Of a DNA stretch of 64,000 nucleotides, positions 54,309 through 64,000 are shown piece after piece (the stretch's first letter is position 1; the number at the start of each line of letters is the position of its first letter). The position numbers were made by a program, and so were the translations under genes. Source of the DNA: Sphagnum compactum (lineage: Eukaryota); the NCBI GenBank assembly GCA_965153455.1, contig OZ234493.1, positions 19,210,213 to 19,274,212 on the forward strand. The letters run 5' to 3'. Below the pieces are notes generated by a model. It saw nothing but the letters and a program-made list of their open reading frames with translations, was not told the DNA's origin and did no database searches.

Positions 54309-56571
54309 ACATTCTTTCAATTCACTGATTCATTGCTGTATTGACAAGTCACAGTGGCTGAATAGCAGGAAACAGGAACCACAAACAGTCACCCCTATTA
54401 TGGCATTTGCCACTTTTACTGCAGCACATTTGGATGAGCATGTGGTTGGAGAAAAGTGGCCTGTAAAAATGTGATCCACCACAAATGGCAATATATTTTT
54501 CAATACAAAACCACCTTACCTGCCTATGGCAGTGCTGGTAGTTCCAGTAAAGTTGATGATACACACCCCATTTATGTGTTTCTGCTTGCTACTGCTCTTG
54601 ACCCAATAATGTCATATAAACCTTTGTGAACTAGTATTATGGTCTCACTTCACCATTCGAGGGCTGTTTTTATTTGTTCAGCATTCTCTAATGAGCTGTG
54701 TTGTCTGGGTAGTAGCTGTTCAACATTGGTGGACATGTGAGTGTTGCTTGTATTCTTTCACACATTAGTCTTCGAAGGAGCAATGTTGTCTGCATGCACT
54801 AGGTGTAGAAGTATTGCTCTGTTGTGTAGCATGAGTAGCACAGCACTAAGGTCACAAACCCAACACTGGAGAATGTGTTTCTAAACACTGAGCCCCCCAG
54901 TTTACATTCTCCCATAAGATTTCTTAACTCTCTCCAGAAAAGAATGGGAGATCCATCAACTACAACATTGTTTATCTACCTGAGTACACAGAACACTTTG
55001 TGAAAGTGTTGAATACTGCATGATTTAGCCATGACAAATTCAACTGAATAGATTGTTCATAATGTTATTTAAATTGGTACTATGGTCATAATATATATAT
55101 TGTTTTATTCCTTCTCATTTTGCAACTAGCTATGAAGATAACTTCATAGCTATCTCTGATAGTGATCTCTGATTATTTTTCCTATGTACTAGTTCTTTAA
55201 CCTTGTAATGTCTACCTCAACTACAACTTCAAAATCACATCACACAAATTTCATACCAGATTGTGCAAAAGATTTGTGGATTTCACATCTTAATGTTAAC
55301 GTTTAAAGAAAGCTGGAGACTAATGTTCTCACTAATGGCAAGGGTGATTTCCATACAATTTTAACTTTGGTGACTCACCATCCTATGGTCCATCCTCCTA
55401 TTACAGACTCAAATCAATGGACACACCATGTCTTCCATGTAGGTACAAATTGCTGATTTCAGCAGAATACTCCAAATCCTCCTCCTCATGTCATATGAGT
55501 TTGAGCTCCTGGGGATTAGTAGCACAAATGTCTAAAATCCACTTTCTTGCTTGATAGAACCAAAGGTTTGACATGTTGATTTTGAAAAGTAAGGTCAATC
55601 AAGTCGGTTGCGTTCCCCATCTCCAAAATGTGACAACATTTGAGAGGATCCCCCTCCAAATATTCTACAACAATATTCACAGTTGTAGATTGTAATGCCA
55701 TGCCTATTAGCTAGCTACTATTAATGATCCTGCTCTCCAGATCCTTGGTCTTGGAACCAAAGATACTCTCACCCAAGTTGCTAGAACATTCAGATGAACC
55801 CCTGCCACACTAACCCTTTCTGCTGCTAGATTTCATGCCATCATTACAAAACACTGGCCCTCATAACTATCCAGGTAGTTTCACAGCTCCAATTCTGCAA
55901 CTCCGAAGTTACTTTGCTGTGTACCATGGACTTTGCTCTCTGGCCATGCTGTTTTGATGCTGAGCTCCACATTTCCAGCTTTCGCATTCTTGCTAATCTG
56001 GGAGTGTTGAAGCATCCATAGCAAGTACCAATCCTCCTGAAGAAGTTGCAACATCATCTGGCTTCTCTTTTCTCCAAAACCAAGCATCTCACTGGAAAAT
56101 TGACAGAGTAAGGTTACACCCATAGAAGTTGACTGTTTAGGTCGACCTCAGGGGAGCCACATGCAGCTAGACACACTAGCATTAAGTTTTTTTGTGGCAT
56201 TGCACCAACTTGCAACTGAACACCCACTGAATGAGGAGAGACTGATCTGTTACACAAGACAATAAAGCTTTCAATAAGTATTGAGACAAAACAGTTTTAG
56301 GGTTTGATCAGGCAAAAAGCTTTGCACAATTATAAGGACAATTAAACAGTTCTTATAGTTGTGTAAAGCACTCAGAGAAAATCTGTAGTGTATTTGGAGG
56401 GCACATTATATCCATCAATTTCCCTCCTAGAAAATGGGAGGGATATTATGCCTACTCCTCAATAGTGAGAGGGTTCTTACACCTATAAGTAGGCATAATT
56501 TCCCTCCAACTCCTACACATTTTGACCTACGTAGGTTTGGTTCATGATAGATTTTGCCTCATGCTTTACAA

Positions 56572-56690
56572 TAGGTGAAGCCCATGGGTGGGGGACATTC
56601 TCAAAATGCAGGGCTGGACTCAGCTGTCGCCTTGTCCTAGGCCCCTTACTTTGAGAATGCCCTCACCCTAGGGCTTTACCCTACACAAAA
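56572..56690. repeat. Hairpin / MITE-like inverted repeat, family copy 2
   Basis: Arms GGTGAAGCCCATGGGTGGGGGACATTCTCAAA / TTTGAGAATGCCCTCACCCTAGGGCTTTACC. It shares the 3' end GGGCTTTACC(C)TACACAAAA with the 6-kb hairpin. Confidence 0.7.
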
Positions 56691-59582
56691 AATTGTAGTG
56701 TCTGCCAACAGATTATGTACGTAGCGGATACTGAATTTGTTTGAACTCTTCTTCCTCCCCAGCAGTTGCCCAGTAGTGCAAATTGCTTACTTCCTTCTTC
56801 ACCCAAGGTTTTCCAAGATAATACATCATCTTCCATCTCAGTTCCATTTTAAACTCCTTGGAACACAAAAAGCTATTGGAAGATCCCAAAAGCTTTGGGC
56901 TTGTCGGCGTGGACACTTTTCAGATAAGGAATAGTGATAGTAAATCTAAGTTGGGCACTCATCCAAACAACTGACACTATTGGAGGTGAACTTGTCTTCA
57001 TATGCAAAGATGACAGGTACACTTGACACAACTACAGCTCTTTATATGGAATTGGAAAGACAGAACTTGAATTTTGAGCAAATGATGTGCATGATAAGTT
57101 AGGGATCCTTCCTGCCTCTATTCAACAATTTCTTCAATTTGACTTGCATGTCGATGGCTTGCCACACATTGGATCGTTCAGATGTAGCTACAGAATCAAA
57201 TGAGGGTGTGTAAATGCAACAAGAGCTTAAAACCTGGAGCAATTTCTGGTGCATAGTATTGGAGAAGTTTTTTGTGCATGAAAGTTTTTTGTGCATGGAA
57301 TGAAGGGAATTACACTTCTTGTTGTATTAATTACACTTCTTTCCTTTACAACTTTTCCTTGCTTTTGGTGTGTGTTGTGTGAAATGTTAAGATCCATCGG
57401 CAGATATCACATGGCTTCTCTCTTGAAAATCTTACTTGCATTGCAAGGCAAACTTATGGCACAGCAAAATTATGCATATCAAATGATTCATTTCACTCTC
57501 TTTTGCACCACAAACAATTTTGTGTTTTTGTCAATGTGTGTGTGTGGTCCACTTTTATCATTAGGATAATGGATATTCTCTTTCAAATCAGTTCACATGG
57601 AGTTCTGTCAATTCAATTCTCAAAACATCCTATTATGATATTTGTTGTTCATCATCATTTCTTCCTAGGGAGCTTCCCTTTTGCATTGCATATGATGGGA
57701 TTGTTGTGTCTAAAGGTTTTTCTCTTTATTGATTCTCTCCTAGTTTTGTATGCCCCAACTCCCAAATTTCTCATAACATGGTGTTCTTTACTTTGTTGCT
57801 AGATTATAATATTCTTGTTCGCAAGCCAACAAAGAACAATAATGAGATTCAAATGGGAGTGTTGCGCTAGTAAGGCCTACATCCATTGTTGTGTACAACC
57901 ATGAAATGTACACATACAATCATCAGATTTTGGGGGGTTCAATCATCAGATTTGGGAAAAGCAATTTGATTTGTATATTAAGTTCCAATAGGTAGCCAGA
58001 AATATAGAAGTTTGTTGAAACTTCTTCTACCTTTTATATCGCATTAGTAACCATATTTCAGATACATCTTCTTATGGGCGATTGCTGCTTTGGCTACATC
58101 ACAAATTCAATATATATATATGTAGATTCTTTAATGTGAATCAAGGGTGTAAACACTAATTACACTCTGGAACATGCCCTCGCTTTGAAAGGACCCAATT
58201 GCTACCAAGTATGTTCTTGCTACAATCATTGCCACCTTTATTGTTGGTTCAATAAACCCTTGAGGCCCTTGCAATGTATGCTACATTTTAACTACGCCAG
58301 TTAAATTCAGCTAAACAGATCCATCATTGGGTCAACCAATCAATTTTCAATTGGAGATCTAGGGGCTTCCACATGCTTGTGCGAAGAGTTTGTGAAAATC
58401 TAATTTCTAGACACCAAAGTACACTATCTCATTACACATGACCCTGGTTGAATCCTGCACACTTTCCTTAAGAGCTTTGCTGGACAAGAGCTGTCAGCTG
58501 TTGCTCACCAAGTTGCACAACTCTAATGACCATCTAGAGTACTGGCTCATATCAGAGTAATGACAGTAAAACAATCTGGAATTTGTGCCTCTTCTCAGAT
58601 TTGATTTGAGAGGCACATTGACACCACCTTCAGACAACTGCGTCATGGATAATATGGTCAGATTGAAGACATCATTTTTTATTCTCTGTGGACCAGCATT
58701 CCACCATGAGAGATCAAGATCCAATGCAACAACCTTCCTGTGACCGCACTTCCACCAGCAATGCCGTCATCGTTCATAGCACTTTCACTCTGCCCAATTC
58801 TTCCTTGAGTTTGCTCCTCCACGTCTGCCCCCGCCATTTCAAAACATGCTGACTTTGTTACGAAAACCCTAAACCCAGACCCTTGTCTCTTCTGACCCAC
58901 ACAGGCCATGCCGGCACCTGCTTCATTGCACTGACATGTATTCACCTGTGCGTAGAACTTAAACAAGGCATCACAAACACTCTGGCCCTACCAATAGATA
59001 AGATGTTGTACATCGACCTACTGTGTCCACACTCTGAACACCCAAAAAATCCGTTCCGATCTAAACAGTCTAAACACTTTCACCAAAGAAACCGGTTCTA
59101 ATAAGGTAAAACTTCCAAAAGTTGGATCCAATGCGATAGTCCCTGTGGGAGCAGGGCCCAACAAACGTGTTTTGTGAAAGAGAGAAAAAAATACTTCAAA
59201 GTCGAGCTCGTACAGAATCCAAGGCCCACACGAGCTTCTTCTGAGACCACTCTGCAAGGTGGAATGGTGTTCCTGATTAGACCTACTGAAGCTGTCAAGG
59301 GCAAGTCGATTGATAGAAATTTCATCATCTAGGTCAAAAGTTGTGATCAGAAAGCTCCATTTTTTTATGTAAAAGATTCTTCAGACTCACAAGGGTTGAA
59401 TAGGGTTTTAAGGTTTAAGAATATATTAGTAAGAGGATGGAGAACGTATTTTTTCTCTCTTGGCAAGCAGCGCACCACATGCGTTACTCGAGCCAACAGA
59501 TGCTGAGGAGGAGAAGAAGCTGAATCTGAGAAGGAATAGGAGTCGTGGCCATTGAATCTGATGCAACAGTGCATGATCTGCG

Positions 59583-61215
<1,633 letters not shown>

Positions 61216-61443
61216 TGATTATCTCTAGAAGAGCTGGTTCAAGAGCCACTGTTGGAATTTTCTGAAGAATCAATTGAAAAAAGAGTCTTCTGTTAGACTA
61301 GTAGACTTGTGATTTTGGCCCAAAGGCCATTACAATAGTTACAAAGATTGTAAAGGACTTGGTGGACACACAACTCAAAATTCAGGTTTTGCCTTTGTAC
61401 TACACTGTAGAAATCCTGCCATGCTCTTGTGGAACTAGAAGGT

Positions 61444-61563
61444 GAAGTGGCAGCCATACAAAAGATGCTGACGAGTGATCAATGTCTCAGCACTGGGTGA
61501 AAGTGGCAGCCATACAAAATGTGCCAACACATGTGCAGATCAATGTCTCTGCACTGGGTGAAA
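61444..61563. repeat. Short tandem duplication (~57-60 bp x 2)
   Basis: AAGTGGCAGCCATACAAAA and GATCAATGTCTC(A/T)GCACTGGGTGAAA each occur twice. Confidence 0.8.
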
Positions 61564-62599
61564 CTCTGAGATACTCTTCCAGGCTTCAAGGGCAAGCAGA
61601 GGAAGTGGCATCTGTTCAACAGAAATGATTGCAGAAGAAATAAAAAGAAGCTTGAATCTGGCAGCAACAGTTGGAAGAATGCTGATCAGCAATATAGTCC
61701 ACAGAGACTTGAAAGGGCACCCCTTGAAAAAGGAGTTCATACAACCAGATGCATGTCCACCATCGCCAGGGATTTACTAAGATGGGACTGCACTGGGGAG
61801 CAAGGCTAGCTACACAGATGGTCGAGCCCCTGTCATTGAGAAAACAGTAAGCAAGGTTAGTGGTGGATTGAATGAGTGCATGAGGTTTGCTTCACACCTT
61901 CAAACTGTTGGACACCTTACACCTCTGCTGTTTGGGCCATTGAGGATTTTGAAGCTTGACAGATTTTATTCATATTGAATTCAGTTGGACATTCTTTGCT
62001 TGTGATGGAGTCTCCATGGTCTGTTTCAGCAGTAGCTAATGGTAAGTCATAATCACCATCAAGACCATTGTCATCTACAAAACAAGGTTAATCAAAAGCC
62101 AAGTTTCCTTGCAAGCAGCTCACTGGACAGAATGTCATCTATCTGGACCATTCTACAACAGACCATACACACTTTTAACAGCTATGAGGTCTTATTCTCC
62201 CTTTGAACCATTTAATTCTCATGCGAAATTGGTCATTCAGCTCAGTTGCAAATTCTGTAATGTGAGGGAGCACCCATGCTGAATGACTGATTTAGAATAA
62301 GAAACCCTTTACAGAAGAGGCAACAGTCAGTGTATACGTGGAGGTATTTTATGACCTGAAGTAGAGAGTGAAAATAATCCAAAGATTGAGGATCAAGAAT
62401 ATTTTCAGAGAATTCTCCAATCTGTTTTGGGCATTGCTACTAAACAAAATCTGTGGCCGCTCTCTTCCAATTTGTCATCAGAGATCTCATGACCCTCTTT
62501 TAAGCTGTGATTTCCTCATCTTCAAGAATGGTAAGACATGAAATAGAGCAGATCATAGTGTACAAAGTATCTTTCTAGATCTTTCTTTGTTATTTGTTA

Positions 62600-63255
62600 C
62601 TTTCTTCTCTGTAGAGCTTCCCTTTTGTTCTTCCCATAATGGACATTGAGTTCTTGCCAAGAGTTTGTGGTTATCAGTCCAGCTTCTTGCCTACTGATAT
62701 CATTGTGATCTCGTCCTTGTGTGAGATGCAAGCCTCACCTCCTTTAATTTTCTTGCTTACCTATCTGCTTGTGATCGTTTAACTCCTTGAAGCAACTCCA
62801 AAAATACATTGGGTTAAGTCTTTAGTCTCTACCTCATCTTCTGTTCTCCCTGCAATCTCACTTGCAATACTATTGAAATTCACTTGTGGCCATATTTCTC
62901 ACAGGCACAAACAAATGCAATGGAACCTCCATGCCCAACTTTTGAAACCCCTCTGGAAGCTGGAAGCAGCTACTTCTTCTCATCAAGTTCCTTTTATGTG
63001 AGTGTCGTTCTCCAGCTCCTCCCACATTTTCTAACATTTTCCTCAATCTTCCATGGGCCTTGGCTCAGATGGAGCCTTCTTGTGTATGGAACACGAGACC
63101 TCTCCATCGAAAGTGTTGAACAATTGGAATTCATGTAGCTATGGCATGCAAGGAACCATGCAACAAGGTCCTTGCATGCCACGAGGAACCTATCACTCCT
63201 TCAGTTTGATCCAAGTGGTAAGTCTCCATTGCTTACTTTGAAGTAGTTAGACTTT
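62600..63255 (-). pseudogene. Decayed fragment of an ISWI chromatin remodeller (CHR11/CHR17-like), HAND-SANT-SLIDE region
   Basis: Manual minus-strand translation across frameshifts gives, in order: SNYFK; VPCMP*LHEFQLFNT; LT*KELDEKK*LL; EGF; FVCACEKYGH; FNSIASEIAGRTEDEVE; FKELNDHKQI; KKIKGGEACISHKDEI; VGKKLD*; NSWQELNVHYGKNK; GKLYREE. This is colinear with the plant ISWI C-terminus as recalled (IPRMPQLHDFQFFN...RACEKYGR..IKSIASEMEGKTEEEVE...KELNDYDRI..GEARISRKDEI..GKKLDR..NPWLELKIQYGQNKGKLYNEE). Multiple stops and frameshifts. Confidence 0.88.
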
Positions 63256-63671
63256 CTCATGTTTGCAGTTGGGTAGCTTAATGTAGTTTTCTAATATATA
63301 CAATTATATCACATTCATTCACCTTTATACAAAGTCAATCCTCCACCACTTCAAGAACTTTTGAAGGAACTTTGTGGTTTGTTAATGTCTTATGTTCAAT
63401 AATGCCTTATGTCTTTATGTCTTCATTTCTCATGTTCTTTCCCCCTTCTCTTATTGGATCATCCTAGCCCTCACTTGACGTTATTTTATTACCTCTTACA
63501 CAAATGCACAACCTTCTCAAAATCCCCACATCTTCATATGAGACACTATGCATGGTAACAAAAACTCAATTGGGCCATCATCCCTTGCTAGTCATTACTC
63601 TCCTAGATTTGTAACTGTCCCCACTCCCTCTCATCAATAGCCCATATAACATTCCTCCCCTACCGTAATAG

Positions 63672-63907
63672 GGTTAACGTGTAACAAGAATAAATCTAAT
63701 GCCATCTTAACCTTGTCAATCAAGAGCCATTGACAAGGTTAACATGAGCAACAAGAAATCTAGCTGTAGTTTCTCAAAAGGCTTCTTCAAGAATAAAAAG
63801 TCAATGTTAACCTTGTCTTGTTGCTCATCTTAACCTTATCAATGGCCATGATCAATAGTCATTCTCAATGGCCAACTTGATCAATGGCCATTGAGAATGA
63901 CTATTGA
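63672..63907. repeat. Nested inverted repeats (foldback), including a perfect 23-bp hairpin
   Basis: TCAATAGTCATTCTCAATGGCCA (63852-63874) / TGGCCATTGAGAATGACTATTGA (63885-63907). Also GACAAGGTTAAC / GTTAACCTTGTC and ATGAGCAACAAGA / TCTTGTTGCTCAT. Confidence 0.85.
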
Positions 63908-64000
63908 GGAAAAAAATCATGCTTTATCTTTGAACCAAAATTGTACTTATTTGACTTCTTGATAGAGATGTAGCAAGATATGAAAGCATGCTCTTGCACT

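Noticed and set aside
55300..57800. Possible transposase or retroelement remnants
   Set aside because: No RT, integrase, transposase or terminal-repeat signature could be supported.
61691..61714. NIVHRDLK kinase catalytic-loop-like peptide on the + strand
   Set aside because: No following xxN, no DFG and no other kinase subdomain in frame; the frame closes soon after. Probably chance.

Overview
Eukaryotic nuclear DNA from a land plant. It is probably a bryophyte such as a moss; this is inferred from gene style and the AT-rich, repeat-strewn intergenic DNA and is not proven. Six intact multi-exon genes can be reconstructed with GT-AG introns and consistent reading phase: a group-A bZIP (ABI5/ABF-like, +), a HAD-IIIA phosphatidylglycerophosphate phosphatase (PGPP1-like, -), TIM50 (-), the decapping scaffold VARICOSE/EDC4 (-), a root-type ferredoxin-NADP+ reductase (+) and a compact plastid-type tRNA A34 deaminase (TADA-like, +). 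The ORF track misses a decayed ISWI (CHR11/17-like) HAND-SANT-SLIDE pseudogene fragment at about 62.6-63.3 kb, whose lesions look methylation-driven. Non-coding highlights are a dense ABRE/RY/CE3 motif cluster about 3 kb upstream of the ABI5-like gene, a two-subtype 60-bp tandem array abutting the TIM50 start, a small Helitron-like element, a pair of hairpin elements with compensatory stem differences, and several local duplications. No tRNA, rRNA or CRISPR array is supported. I see no convincing evidence of a wholly new biological system; the best leads are regulatory or genome-evolution observations. Coordinates were counted by hand and protein identifications rest on recalled family motifs, not on database searches.
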